In this document: in pieces, positions 23,723-38,745 of the stretch
How positions within the stretch are numbered: the first letter of the stretch is position 1
Layout of the letters: each line of letters starts with the position of its first letter
Source of the DNA: Balanoglossus misakiensis
Taxonomy: Eukaryota > Animalia > Hemichordata
Assembly: GCA_040954595.2 (NCBI GenBank)
Contig: CM082597.2
Location: 4,407,244 to 4,471,243 of the forward strand
Length of the DNA stretch: 64,000 bases
Direction of reading: 5' to 3'
The notes under the pieces: generated by a model
Seen by the model: only the letters and a program-made list of their open reading frames with translations
Databases searched by the model: none
Told to the model about the DNA's origin: nothing
Program-made: the position numbers and the translations under genes

Positions 23723-26700
23723 ATGCGCACAATTTCTCGTATTGGCCTTTGCATTTTGCTGGGTTCTGGATATCTGCTGTGGTCATGGCTTGGAAGAATG
23801 GGTCCCAAGTCCCCGACCAAACCGAATATTGTGTTTATTCTTGCTGACGATCTTGGTAAGGAGTATTTCTGTCACGTTTTGCTTACATGTATTACTACTT
23901 TCTGTAAAGCAATTCTGGTGCGCTAGAATCTGTTTAAAGGGACAAAGTCTCTCTCTCGCTGCCCATTTTTCCATTGATTATGTTTGATACAAGACACCAT
24001 TTATGTTATTCTACATGTGGATATCTAGTGAATCAATGTTTGACCACACACAACTTCCATCCCACTTGTAGATATGAGAGTGAAAAACTCACCAACATTA
24101 ATAATCGATCGCTACCGTTTATTCATTTTGGTGAGATTTTTATTCATCCAACCTTTTTAGTATTTTAGAGTAAACAATTGTGCTGATTCGCTTTGATTAT
24201 TACCCATCAAAGATCTTAATTGTTTAAGACCAAGATATAATTACCCAGTGTCAGTATCGACCTACATCTACTTCATTCGATGCATGCACGTATACCACAC
24301 TGTATACATAAATCTTGAAAAATTATGCAAATATCGGTAATCCAATTGACCAATCAGCAGAAGCCGTTACCTTGTGCTTAACAGTCACAGCTGTACCATT
24401 TAGAGAAGTTCAAACGTGGAGCCTCTGGTATGTCTGGAATTAACATACACAATCGTGAGCTGTCTGGTAAAACTGAGATAGTCTTTTTAATATCACACTA
24501 AATTCTTTCAGTAAGAAGTCAACAGCTTTTGAGTAGCAGCTGGCAGAAACATCACACTCTAGTTATTAGGTGCTGAAGTTGTAAACGAATCTCTGTGCTT
24601 TACTACCAATTTGTGATTAAATGCATGGTCGTAAAGGAATGTTTACGACCTCTCTGTATTGCCTTTCAATCATCACTAACACTTGTTTATAATACCAGAT
24701 AACTTGAAACATTGGAGTCTGCAGAATGAAGAAACTGTTAATGGTGTGATGAATTTATGTAATTTCTTGCTCTTTCTTTGACAAGTTACATCTGGATGCA
24801 AAATTGTACTTCATCATAAGCTAGTAAAATCATGGCTATGAAATAAACTGCACTTTTTAATTCTAGGCTGGAGTGATATTGGTTACAATAATCCCTATGT
24901 TATAAGTCCTACCTTAGATACACTGGCCAGAGAGGGCGTCATACTAAATCAATCATATGCCTCACAGTCCTGCAGTCCGTAAGTAATAGCATGCATCGTT
25001 TATGAACATTTCGGTGTACATTGCATAACAATGGCTATGTAACATGACCAATGAAGGGCCATCTCTGAGTTGCTTATTTATAACATTTGCGCAAACGTCT
25101 ATTGCTTGAATTCCATCTTATTTTCTTATCCTATCCTATCTTTGATTTAGATCAAGGTCAGCTTTAATGAGTGGATACTATTCTTATCGACTTGGGTTCC
25201 AGGTACATATATATAGAACAATTATGAAACTTGACATTTATTTGAAAAAAAATAATTGTATTGTTTTGCATGGTAAGATATTTGGTGGGGGGAGGTAACA
25301 TTCTTATAAAAATTTCTTTCTGTTAATCAGTCTGTTATTTACATACTAGGCAGGGGGAGTGCGATGCAAGATGCCTCGTGGATTACAACTTAATCTTACA
25401 CTACTGCCAAGAAAACTTCAACAACTAGGTTACACAACATATATGGTTGGAAAGTGAGTACATATCGCGTTAAATTCCCCCAAAACTCATAGTAGCATAG
25501 TTTGGATGTGCCTGGATACATAGTCAAATGTATTGAAGAAATTGAAGGTAAATATGCCATCTGGTTGAATGTTAAATATGTTAAATGGGCTAATATGTAT
25601 GAAAAACTCATAATAACGTTGCATTAACTTTCATTAAATAGATGGCATTTGGGATTTTGCAAAAAGGAGTACACACCAACCATGCGCGGTTTTGATAAGT
25701 TCTATGGTTACTATTTGGCCGGGGGAGATCACTTTACACATAGGTCACATCCAACCATTAGTAAGTAAGCACATTTTTATCTACTAGAAAAAGACCATTA
25801 AATTATAAATTTTCAAAATCTTGAGGAAAGTATCATAAATGCAAGCACTCTTTCTAAGTACCTCTCCACTATTGATTCCAAAGCAGATGGTGGACTTGAT
25901 CTTCACGACCAGTTTGAGACAGACTGGAATCAAAATGGGACGTATTCATCGGTAAGTAATAAACTATGACATTAAAAACCATATGTTGGCGGAATGTTTT
26001 GTGGAAAATTCTGTCTAAAGAAATATCCGAAACATGGACAGACTATACGTGAAATCTCCAGAGCTATTCCTGTCTGACACCGATCCATAGGCACCCTTAC
26101 AAATGGAAGTAGCAAGTTTATTTTCATAGTCCAACTAATAAATAACCTGTTCTGCTGGAAACACTATAGACAAATTGATCAGGCATGCTGGTAATAGTGC
26201 ATTACGAACTGTTACATTACAGTACTTGTACTCAGACAAAGCTGTGGATTTTATTGAAAATCATGACACATCCAAACCGTTATTCATGTACCTGGCCTAT
26301 CAAAGCATTCATTCTCCTCTGCAGGTAGGTGATTTACACAAATCATCATTTCATCATCAGTTTGTTTTGAGCGTTTACCGGTACATACTGGTATAAACAC
26401 AGATGTAACCATGTTATTGCAATACATCCCAACATTCTAATAAGATGCATGTAAGAACTGAACTATAATGTCTATTGTATGCAATTCATAGGTACCAAAA
26501 AAGTATTTTGATATGTATCCAAAGGTCAAGAACTTGAATCGAAGAATTTTACTAGGTAAGAATGCATTTTGATTCCCAAACACCACAATAAAAGGTACCA
26601 TAATCACAGAAGTGTGACAGAAGGGAACTGTATGCTTGTGTTTGTATATAAGGCTTACACTAATAGCTTCAAATTTCTATGACTATTCTAATCCTTTATG

Positions 26701-28712
26701 AAATCAACCACACAGTCTCCAACGTTATGGTAAAACATGATGTTCACAAGGTCTTTATGCACAATTCACAAGGCATTTAACTCCATTGAATGTAAATGCT
26801 GTTTTGACAACTGTCCGGTATACAGTGCTAAGCATTGAAGAATGAACACATAAAGGGCATTGGATAAAGGCCATGCACTACCTTAATTATAATTTTTTGA
26901 GGGTGTTAAAATCAAGTGTTTCTTATTTCTCTTGAAGGGATGATTACGGCCATGGATGAGGGTATTGCGAAGGTTGTAGAGGCTTTACGACAGAATGATC
27001 TGTGGAGAAATACTATATTGGTATTTATGTCTGATGTAAGTTCCCTGATATTTTGTTTTTGATGCTCCTAACACAACCAATAGTAAAATTGATGAGTTTG
27101 AGGACTTAAATTAAAACCAGAGGATTTTAAACGTGTCATGAAACATCTAAACAGTTTTTGACAACTTTCTCCTCCTCACCACCATCACCATCTTCACCAT
27201 CATCACAAGCCTATAAAGGCTTTCTTCCCATTGTTGCCATGGTTCCAGCTGATGCTACCATGGCAATCATGTTAAATCACCATACAACAACAAACCCTTG
27301 AATTTCTTGGCAGAATGGCGCACCACAGAATGAAAAATTCGAGGGTAACAACTGGCCCCTTCTGGGGACGAAACAGACGCTATATGAAGGCGGAACTCGT
27401 GTTGTTGGCTTCATTCACAGCAATAGACTTCAAAAAAAGAAATATACATACAATGGGTTTGCATATTATTTTTATATGTTTTGAAGGAATCCTAAACATA
27501 AGCTGACAAATCTATGTGTACATTCCTACAGATGTTTCAATTTTAACAGTACCACTGGGGCGTTCAATTTGGAAACAATGAAAACCAACACCACATGTAA
27601 TACATTAACATCATTATTAACACTTCCTCAGGACATAATGCAACATTTGTCTGTTGTTTCCCTTTCATGGTCAAGAATGATGCATATTGTCGATTGGTAT
27701 CCAACACTTGTGAAGGCTGCAGGTGGTAAAATATCAGGTATTAATCTTTTTGTCAAAGCCTCTATAATTTATACGTACTGGTACATGCATACATAAATAC
27801 ATACGCATATACACCCATCCACTCGTATTATATATTTGTTATCTTTCAAGATCGAGAAATGGATGGTGTAGACATGTGGAGAGCATTATCAACAAATGCA
27901 GCATCGCCAAGAAAAGAATTGGTATATAATATAATTGATGATTGGAATTTGGCGTCAATAAGGTAAACTCTGTTCTTATACTTACTGAAATTGAGGTGGG
28001 GGGGGGGAGAAGGAGGATGAAGAGACAATGAGACAGAATGACCATTTGACTGTCATGGATTTTTACAAAATGATCAGTCTGTTGGTTAGTTGCTTGATTG
28101 GTTTGTTTATTTCATTTTTGTTAGGTATGGTGATTTCAAATTAATGCAGGGTCCCAGCCCTCATCCAAATGATTGTAAGTAAACAAAATAAACTTTAAAT
28201 TTTGAGGAATACGAATCCAATAGCTCAAAACTGCATTATTTAAAGAGAGCGACCACATGGTTTTTGGACAATCCAAACACCCTTTTGCCTATACCGGTAT
28301 ATGGAAATATGTCAATTAAATGTGACTGCACACTTTTTTATTTTCAGTATGTTGGGTTCCACCACCTGAAACCGATGGAAAACTTGGTGAAAAAATCTGT
28401 ATGGACCCACATTCAGGAGATGTGCAACTGTTCAATCTAAAAGGTAGTTACAATCAAGTGTTATGCTATTTACCTATTATACCTAGAACCTTTATTCTGT
28501 ACATATTAACAATATCTGATTTTCACCTTTTCGCAGTTGACCCGTTGGAACAATTCAATCTTGCTGATGAAATGCCAGAAAAGGTGGCGGAATTAATGGC
28601 AAGACTAAAAGAACGTAGGAAGCAAGCTGTGCCAGCCTTCGAAAGATCTGAAGTATCGGAGGAGGCTGACCCGGAAAATTTTGGGGGTGTGTGGTCACCT
28701 GGTTGGTGCTAA
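23723..28712 (+). CDS. Arylsulfatase B-like sulfatase, copy 2 (15 exons)
   Basis: MRTISRIGLC...[13 protein letters not shown]; SCSPSRSALMSG; GKWHLG; SIHSP; MSDNG; NWPLLGTKQTLYEGGTR; WSPGWC-TAA. Same intron positions as copy 1. AATAAA 28949. Confidence 0.93.
23934..24150. mobile_element. Truncated copy of the foldback MITE (family A), sulfatase 2 intron 1
   Basis: ttaaagggacaaagtctctctctcgctgccc... matches the left arm of 40813-41167. Confidence 0.85.
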
Positions 28713-29130
28713 AAGACAAAGTTTTCCTGCATATATTTCTTTCTGGGCGAGGTTATGTCTAGTGTCACTCTGCGAGTTTAAATATTTAAAGATAAACTGA
28801 AATCAAATGATAAAAGCTCATGAACACATAGTTTTGAAAATTGTTTACCACAGGAGATGCAGGATATATTGTTTAGATATTATGTTATGTCATTTCTATA
28901 AATGTTTTCATCATGTCTGTTATTGTTGTTCAAATCATAGAAAACTTGAATAAAAATAGTGTACGAGTACATGTGATCATCATTCATTTCATCCTATATA
29001 AGCTGCATTAAAGCATATGGTAGCCACAGTGCCAATGACACTACTATTGCGAGCATGCGCATTATCTCTATCCACTTTGCACGCACAACTTTTTTTCAGT
29101 GCTAACTTAAACCTCAGTGTGCACTGCACG

Positions 29131-32100
29131 ATGCGTGTTGCTCTCCAAGTAGCCATATGTAGCTTTCTAGCATCTGGATACCTCTTATGGCTGTTTGCCG
29201 GGAAATCAGAAGTCGCTTACACGGAGAAGCCTAGCATTGCAAAATCAGAGATCACTATGCCGGAAAAGCCACACATTGTCTATATTCTCGCTGATGATCT
29301 TGGTAAGTGTATGGCTTTACAATTATATGATCATTTTCTCTGCAAAATACATCATTGACAGTGACCCATTTAGTATACCACATTTGTGAAAGAATCATCT
29401 TGAGAATCACCTGGTAATAGCTTAGATTTCACTGGTCTCATTTCATTGTGAAAAACTGCAATTCTAACTATCTTTTACTGACAAACAAGGTCTAACAAAA
29501 ATGTCAGTGTAGTAATTTAGAATTCAATTGATTGATATAATATATGTTTCAATCATGAAATAGTCCCAATTGTGCTATAATTATTTGTGTACGACATGTA
29601 TGTCAGAAATATTTTGGTGAGTGTTTTTCAGCCAAAGACATCATAAACACGCGTAAAAAGTTGCCTTTCTCAAGAGTAACAGCTCAGGAGCGTGTTTTAT
29701 AAAATACCATGAGTAACAACATGAAGATGTCAGCCTATTTATATCCTGTCTGTAGTACAGAGCCTTTGCATGCAGCTAGCAATCTTGATCAATATTGACA
29801 AGTCTACTGCAAGTCAAATGCATGTTATGTACAATCACGTTCATTCATAAATATGTGTCTACTGTAGAAAGCATTCTATACACACAAAAGAAAATGATTC
29901 AAAGCCAAGTCACATAGACCATCAGCCATTTGATAAATGTCACGGATGATACACAGAGTCCAATGTAAAAATGATATTAATTCAGTATCTATTGAATTCC
30001 GATATACCAGCTGTTGTGTTGCAGTATTTAATCAGATAACGAGGAGGAAATATCATATAAAATTGTTTGCCTATATTGTTTAGCTTTTGTAATCCACTTA
30101 CACTGTTAAGTCCTCTGCCCACCATTTTTGTTTGCTATACTGGTATAGTAGTCTGAATACTACATGTATAAAACACCATGATTATTTTGTGTCCCAATGT
30201 TGATATCTGTAGGTATTCACCTATTTTCACATTGAGAATTTGTCATATTACTTCATGTTTCATTTGGAAGAACTGGTTTTGGATAACGTGTTTGCAAAAG
30301 TTTAGTCACCCGATCATTCGCAAACATTTTGTATTGTTTACTTTGCACGAATCTTTCAATATTCAATGCAACTAAAGTTAAAAAATCTATAAGTGTCGGC
30401 TCGTATTAAAAATATGATACAGGCATGTACCGATTTCAACGTCATATGGTGAATTCTGTCATGGTCCTGTGAAATAGCACACAATGACACGTGTTTATCA
30501 TAAGCACCAATAGGATTTAAAGTTCAGCCATTCTGTGATGATTAAATCACTGTGTTTGCCTTCCACGGGGTGTCACGGTGTTTATTGAGTCAGGTAAATG
30601 TATGCCGCGAACGCTCGGTTCCTTTGATAAGTTATAAATGTAGACACGATGCAAGGCCAAAGGAATGCATTGTCACATAGCCGTTTGCGAGTTTGTCTGC
30701 CGGTGAATTAGGACACCCTCACCGGTTTGGGCCTATTGATACGCCTATTGTATGCTTTACAAGTTTTACAAGCTGTCACTAGACCTGTCCAAGCATTCCC
30801 ACAGTATGTTTAAACTAACAACCTCTCGTTTCCAAAGGAAAAACATGCATCTATATCTTGAATTACAGTTACTGTATGCTAAACAATTGTTTTCCTTTAG
30901 GATGGAGTGATGTTGGTTACAACAATCCGTATATCATTAGTCCCACTATAGATGCACTCGCAAGAGAAGGGGTGATCCTTAACCAGTCCTATGTGTTCCA
31001 GTCATGCTCCCCGTAAGTAATTAAATACACAGTGTTAAAGAGTTAATCTTCATAAGATGATGACCAAATGGCTTTGAATGAGAACAACTTAGTTACACTA
31101 AACAAAGACCCCTTGTTTCTCAACAAGGTCTTTAACAATTAGTAGATTCAAACAGCAAACGAATCTCAATTTCAGATCTAGAGCCTCTTTGATGAGTGGA
31201 TATTACTCCTATCGCCTTGGAGTGCAGGTACGTATCCATCTTATTTTCAACTCACATGAAAAATAGATGTAATTCATTGCAGCATTGCATTTAATAAATA
31301 ACTCAGAGCAATGCACTTTGGCGACTGACTGCCAAGCAATCAAGCCTGAATGGAAATCTTTCAAAATTTTTATTTCCAACATAACCATGTGACAGACAGA
31401 AATCTATGAAAGCATGTCTCGTGATGATACTCTCGTATATGTTTACTTCTATTTCCTGAGATAAGACAATCCGAACCAATTGATGTTACCCAACAATGCC
31501 TCTGGAATCGCTTCTACCAGTTGACAATCAGTGAGGTCATCCACGTGTTGACTGAATAATGAACATCTGTATAAATTTGATTTCAGACAGGGGGTATGTG
31601 GCAAAGGCTACCACAAGGAGTTCCATTGAATTTTACACTGTTGCCAAGGAAACTGAAACAACTCGGATATTCAACTTATATGGTTGGAAAGTAAGAATGA
31701 ATGAATGAATGAATCAATGAATGAACTTGGGAAAGAGAGAACTAAAGAGCGAACACAATAGTATTAACAAATCACTGATTTGTCCATTTATATTTTGAAG
31801 GATGGGTCATTGGGTAGGTGGTTGTAGGGTAGGTTGGTTGACTAATTGCTCAATCCATATCTGTAGCATATGTAAATTTGAGGTGACTGTATACCTTTAA
31901 TTAGCCAGTAGCCAGTCAACATAAATGCAGAACTGCTATTCACAGCTTGTTTGATTGCAGCATTGTGTACTCATTGAGATGTATACTCACTCTCCTAATT
32001 ACCACAACTGTAACACATAATTTGTTTTGGTTTATCATTAAATCAACAGATGGCATTTGGGATTTTGCAAAAAGGAATACACACCAAACGGACGAGGCTT

Positions 32101-34756
32101 TGACCAGTTTTATGGATATTATCTTCCTTCTGGTGATCACTACACACATATGGCTTGTACGTACACTTTTAATTTTGTTTGAAAAGTCATATGCATATTT
32201 CTTTCTCCTATAGAGACAGGATGCATTAAAGGTACACGGTCACCTCTTATTAACATATGCCAACATATGGTTAAAGGGTGTGTCTAAGACTTTGAATGGC
32301 CAAAAATGGCGTTTTTCTAAAAACTAAATCATTGATTTTCTCCATTTATTTTCTATTTTCAGCTGGGTTTCTTGACCTGCATGACAACTACGTTCCAGAC
32401 TGGAGTCAGAATGGAACGTATTCATCGGTGAGTAATGTAGCATAAATGTTTTTAGAATTGTAATTAATGATATAAATTCAAAAGTATTATTATCTTAAGA
32501 TTGGTAATGTACCGCACTACTATCACAATTAAATTTAAAGTTAATACTCTGTGTTGTTTATTTGTTGTGACTGAGTCCATTGATGCATTGTAGGACTGTC
32601 AAACACAATTTTAATCCAAAACATTTTAATGACTACCATTAAATCATACATTCGAGGCTGATACGAATATGTACCATCCTCGTGAGCGTACGATTCAGCT
32701 ATGATAAAGAAATTATGCAGACTACTCATGTGCTCCATTTTGTAGTTAATCAATGGTGTAATCTTATGTCTCATCCTAATTATATTGATGAGTTCTATAT
32801 ATTCTTCTGTTGCAGTACCTGTTCAGTGATAAGGCCGTGGAATATATCAATAATCATGACAATAGCAAGCCCATGTTTTTGTACCTTGCTTATCAAAGTG
32901 TTCATTCTCCCTTACAGGTAAATAAAATGGGCAGTTTTCATCTCAGCAGAACATTATGAAACTCTTTCCGAGCAAAACAACTGCCCCTTTCCCTGCTTTT
33001 GGGCTATCAAACTTTAAATCATTCGAGATATTGAGCTTGCTGACATTGTAGCATTTTCTATCTTCTATAACAGGTTCCACAAAAATATTATGATATGTAT
33101 CCCCTTGTAAAGAATGAAAATCGAAGGATAATAATGGGTAGGAACAATACAATTTTACTGCCTAAAAGGAATATACTTGTGTCTATTGGTCATATTGTCT
33201 GAAGTCAATATTTCACAAAAACATTTAAATGGTGGGTGTGTTGTCCTAGCTATGGGTGTGTACATGCAAGGCATAGGACATACTTGCTGGCAAGTCAAAG
33301 CAGCCACAAAGTATAACTGATATAATCTAAATCATTGAAGAAAATGAAGTAGTTAAATTTACTTTGATATGATGTGTATTAGTCTCCATGAACAATGGTA
33401 ACAATGTCAGGGTGTGTTCATAAACAAAATAAGTCACATATGTAGTTCAGACAATGCTATTTGTTGTATTATATACATATACTAATATATTAAACGTATA
33501 TGTTTAAAGCTCAGGTGTTTTCCACAGAAAAGTTAATTAATATACATGTACTGTATATCATTTACAGGTATGATAACAGCCATGGATGATGGCATTGCAA
33601 AAGTTGTGAGATCGTTGAAGCGGAATGGAATGTGGAGAAATACTTTGCTGGTGTTTTCGTCAGATGTAAGTTCAATTATTTGCTATGTTTAAAGGCACAG
33701 TAACTCAACCTTTGGGCTATTTTCTCAGCATTGATGTGTATATCAACTATGGTTTCTTGTTTGACCTGGTGAAACAATAATAATTGCTGAATTTTTGGCT
33801 TTTCAACACAGCCATCTTGTAGTAATCAGCATTGTTATTGTTGAATTCTCCCTACCTTAAATAGGGTTTTGCTACCTAGGTGAGTGATAAAACTCTCACA
33901 TGGTCAAGATGGCTGATTTTTGCCATGTTTAAGAAATGGGAGTTCATAAGCTAAAGTGATATTCAGTCATTCTGATACTTTGTAACAGAAAAAAAAAGTG
34001 AAAAAAGTTGATTGACTTTAATATGTCAACTACAAAGCCAGAAATGTTTGACCAAAGGAAGTCATGAAATACAGTAAACATATTTCTTCTATCTCTTACT
34101 GCAGTGAGTTGTTGACTTTTTACCCAGAATGCATTATTATGTAATTTGACCCCCTTGCACACAGTGAAAACCTATTTAAGGCAGACAGAATTGAATTCAA
34201 GTCCGGATCTGTCTTCTGCTTTTTTTTATACAGAATGGGGCACCGCAGAATGAGAGGTATGAGGGAAATAATTGGCCGCTGCTGGGAACAAAAAAGACTT
34301 TATTCGAAGGTGGCACCCGAGCTGTGGGATTTATCAATGGCAACATTCTTCCTAAGAAAGGGTACACATATAATGGGTGTGTATCAAACCAGTTTATGAA
34401 AATTAAAATAAAATAAGCATTTTTGGGAGGGGGTCACTTTTTACAGCTGAAAATTCCTGAATACAAAATCACCAATCAGTGTTCACCCCAGGAATTTCTG
34501 ATAGCATAACTGCTTATATCCATAACAATGTAAACAATTGTTATGTTAATTAAGTTCTATTGTCTTCTAAAATTAAGAAGTAGTGGCCACTGTGCTTTAA
34601 TTGCTCTGGGGAGACCACTACTGATGAAATACACCATTTTATACCAGTATGTATGTACATGTACAATATCCACCAAAACCAACAACCACCAAAATCACCA
34701 CCCACGCCGCCGCCACCACAAAAACCAACAACACCACCACCCACGTCGCCACCAAA

Positions 34757-34787
<31 letters not shown>

Positions 34788-37700
34788 TGGAACAAAAGTA
34801 ACAGTTTCTGGCATGTTAAACACTTTCACCCCAAGTTGCCCGAGTAGAGGTCCAACTTTGCCATATGAAACAATAGATACATTAGATTAAAGACAAATCA
34901 TGGTGGTGAAATAGACCCCTTGCTATATGTTGATTGCACACACAATACATCAGTGTACTGTATATCATGGTACAAAATGTCCTAAAGTGGTGGGAAGGGG
35001 GGGGGGTCAGGTTTTACAATGTCGGACAAGGGGGAGGGTCACATCTTAGAGTCAAGGTGTACGCAGAATTACCCCGGCCCACCCCCTGTAAATACTGTAG
35101 GCTCCCTAACAAAAAAATTTAGTTTAATTATCTTGACATATTTCACCCCACAGATTGATTCACATTGTTGACTGGTATGCTACATTTGTGAGGCTGGCTG
35201 GTGGGAAAAATAAAGGTACATCATAAACCAGTTTTTGCTGGCTTGTAATTGAAGCCCCTTTATAGCATTTTACTCCCATGTCTACCTGTGTCTTGTATAG
35301 CTGTATGACAAGTCAACAAGAATAACCACTGTTATTGATGAACATGAATTCAAGTCCAGACATGAATTAAATCTTTCTTCAAAAATAAGAATGCTGATAT
35401 CTACAAAATGAGTCTGTTTTATTGAACATATTTTTCTTTCACAAAATAAAATAAAATGAAACAAAATAATTCAAATAAAAGTATCTGATGAACCAGACAT
35501 TAAAAAGCAAACCAGCCCATGGCAAAGTGACCATGTCCTTCATACTAGTTTCATTGATCAGTTATGAAAAATGTGTTAAGATAGCAAACTGCCATTAAAG
35601 TACTTTTGTGTTTTTTTTCCTCAGATCCAGAAATGGATGGCATTGATGTGTGGAACGCCTTGTCTATGAATTTACCTTCACCAAGAAAAGAATTTATATA
35701 TAACATCTTGGAGAAGTGGGATCTGGCAGCAATTAGGTATAACTGCACATTACAATTGGTATAAAGTCCCATTAACCCATGTCACATATCCTCCCACCAC
35801 CTTTAAGATATCATAGCCAGAGTTGGTGTTTCACACACTTCACAACCCTAACATATTGTGGACAGCAATTATCCTATTCTCTGTCCCAGTAACTTTCCTA
35901 TGTGTGTGTGTGCATCCCTCTCTCTGACCCAATGACTTTCCATGAAGTTGTATTATGTAGCATGGTGTATCCTATAGTTTAACTCAACTGCAAATTACAC
36001 AGAAGGTATACTGCAGATTAGGCTTAAAATTAAAACTAAATAAACAAATGTTTGAGTGGAGCGTCTGTATTAAGTACCAAGAGTGGATCTATTTCCTGCC
36101 CATTTTATGCAACTGAGAATGCTTAAAATGTATGTCTTATCATAATATACCTATTTTCTTTCACAAAACTGCCTTATATTATTGCAAATAATTTTTAGAG
36201 TAAAGCTGAGATATATGTTTCTCTTTACTACAGGGTTGGGAATTACAAGTTGCACACAATAGGTGGTCCACGAGGCAGTGAAGGTATGTCAACAAAGGGT
36301 TAGAACTGCACAATGTAACTAGTCAGCAAAATTATGGATGTTTGTTCATTATCAACATTGTCGTGTTGAAGGATAAAAATGAGGTCTGAGGAGCAAGACT
36401 ATTATATATAGCTATACTGAATTACTACCAGAGACAATTAATGCCTTCTTTGGACAAACACCAACTTTAAATTCGACTGTGAGCGCAGCGATCTGATGGG
36501 GTCTAAAATGAGCCAAGTACAGTTCTCAACACATAAAAATGAAGGATGAATACCCCCCCCCCCCTGAGGTTTTGCACTGATCCGAGTTATCAGATCCCGT
36601 GAGGAGTACGGTGCCCAGAGTGCAAAAACCTCAAGATGGCCTCTTTTTGTATACAACTGTAGGCTACATATAACACGGCAGTCACAGAACCCGAGAACTG
36701 AGTTGATTAATTCCACGGCTATGATTAAAAAAGGAGTTTCTGACACCAAAGGAAACGTGGCATCAATCAGATTCAATTATTTCAACCTATCCCCAATATT
36801 GTAACGAAAGCTCGCGCGGTCGGCCTTGAAGCTGGCGGTATGACTAGACGCGGAACCGAACGCGTACGGGCCCCTCACAACGAGCCGTTCAGAAGGAACA
36901 CAGCGAAAACAAGCCCGCCAGGCGAAATTTCGACAACGTGAGGACCGCTCATGACCTAGCTATCGATAGGCCATGGGTTGCCTATCCAGGAGTGAGCACA
37001 GACCGCTGTCAACTACGACGCGCGGCGTGTGGGAGTGAGGAGACGAGAAATTAGGCAAAAGAGTCGCAGCGCCGAGTTTACGCTCCTCTCAGCACGACAG
37101 CAATGAAAATCTGTCCTCAAGCCTCGCCTGTGCTAGGCTTATCACGTGATCCAGAACGCACTCCTGATAGGCTAATGATATCACCAACCAAGAACGTGAT
37201 GGAAAATTCCCCCAGAATGTTTCACAGGTTACCCTTAGCTACGACTCCATAGCAACACTAATGTAGGGTCATAGAAAACACCATATGAAACTGGACAAGT
37301 GTTGAATAACACTTCCAAAAAGGCATAATATCTGTAACTTTTGATTTCAGTATTTTTCTTCTGTGCCGAAGACAGTTCCTTGTTCTGCTTCTTACATGTT
37401 CATTTGTCAATCATTCAGTCAATATATGCATCACTAGCAATGATAACATATCTCCTTGAAATTACTCTTACATTTCTAGCTTGTTGGGCTCCACCACCTG
37501 AAGTTGATGGAAAATATGGAAACGGTTCCTGTATTCCACATGGTAAAGATGTGTTTCTTTTCAATCTAAAAGGTAAGACTGAGTTTCATTCATTCATTCA
37601 TTCATTCATTCATTCATTCAGTTATAGATAACAAATACCGATAAAATAGCCTAAAGTTACAGGGCAACATCTTGCGTTGATAACTTTTTACACGTACTGA

Positions 37701-37972
37701 TTTAATAGGCCTAGAACTAATATTTTCCCGCCCAAACGACATATTTTCCCGCCCAAACGACACTATCGCTATCATCATGCATTGTTCTCTTTGCAGATGA
37801 CCCATTGGAACAACATAACCTAGCGAGCAAAATGCCCGAAAAAGTGAATCAGCTTATAAATAGAATCGAAGAAGAGGCAGAAAAGGGCGTCCCTGCTTTC
37901 GAGAAGTCTGCACTAACCACCATGGCGAATCCTGAAAATTTTGGTGGTGTTTTTTCACCGGGTTGGTGCTGA
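29131..37972 (+). CDS. Arylsulfatase B-like sulfatase, copy 3 (15 exons)
   Basis: MRVALQVAIC...KPHIVYILADDLG; SCSPSRASLMSG; GKWHLG; SVHSP; SSDNG; NWPLLGTKKTLFEGGTR; FSPGWC-TGA. TATA ~28995, AATAAA 38150. Confidence 0.93.
34675..34787 (+). repeat. (CCA/CAT)n-rich low-complexity tract, sulfatase 3 intron 10
   Basis: Degenerate trinucleotide repeat. Confidence 0.85.
34816..34912. mobile_element. Degenerate copy of the small piggyBac-like MITE (family B)
   Basis: ttaaacactttcacccc...agaggtccaactttgccata...catggtggtgaa resembles 48800-48892. Confidence 0.65.
36800..37260. mobile_element. GC/CpG-rich insertion in sulfatase 3 intron 13, possibly an LTR fragment
   Basis: Abrupt rise in GC and CpG, beginning TGTAACG. 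This intron is much longer than the matching introns in the other three copies. No target-site duplication found. Confidence 0.35.
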
Positions 37973-38666
37973 CGAAATAGTTCCTTAGATATCCGACCGT
38001 ATTTGATTTAGTACATGTAGGCCTAATACTACCATAGGCAGTCTATGATACTACCTACACCCAGATAAGGGGGGGGGGGGATTTTGCTGTACTTATTTGT
38101 TATTGACTAAAAGACTGCACACTTGTTGATCATAGTGTATTTTACTTTTAATAAACGATTGGTTGTAACTGATTTGTTGACTGACTGACTGATTGATTGT
38201 TGTTTACTTGTTTTTGTTTGTTTGAACGCCCAAATACGCAGAGACCGGTAGGCGGCGCTCGACTCGAAACCATTTCAAAACAGCTTCTGAGTACATGTAC
38301 CAACTTTTCATTTAAAACCTGATCAGCTGTGCTTCAGATATACAGACCGCAGTCAGACACGTATACACTGGCAGACGATACATTTTGTGCCTTAACAGAT
38401 CGTCATCATGCAAAAGTGGCATTCCAAATTCATAAAAACCTGATAAATGTCATGATTCTGAAATATTTATTTAAGTACTCTCCTTTTTTTCTTAGTTTGT
38501 TGGTAGGTATACGTACCAGGTGGGTGGTTTGGCCGGTGTTTGCGAATGTAGGTAGGTAGGAAGTAGGTAGGCAGGTAGACGCTATAAGTTCAGAATATTG
38601 TTAGTTTTCGGTGTGGAAGATGCTATAGAAACAGTAATTTCACAGGACAAAGAAATCGTGGAGAGT

Positions 38667-38745
38667 TAACCCTTTCGCCCCAGTTCCCTCTTCAGAGGTC
38701 CGACCCTGCCATAGAAAACAATGGGTTCAAACTGAACCATGGTTT
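38667..38745. mobile_element. Partial copy of MITE family B
   Basis: ttaaccctttcgccccagttccctct...agaggtcc...actgaaccatgg matches 48800-48892. Confidence 0.75.

Noticed and set aside
34543-34890. Pro-rich, His-rich and Gly-rich ORFs
   Set aside because: Intronic trinucleotide low-complexity sequence, open in several frames, with no splice support.
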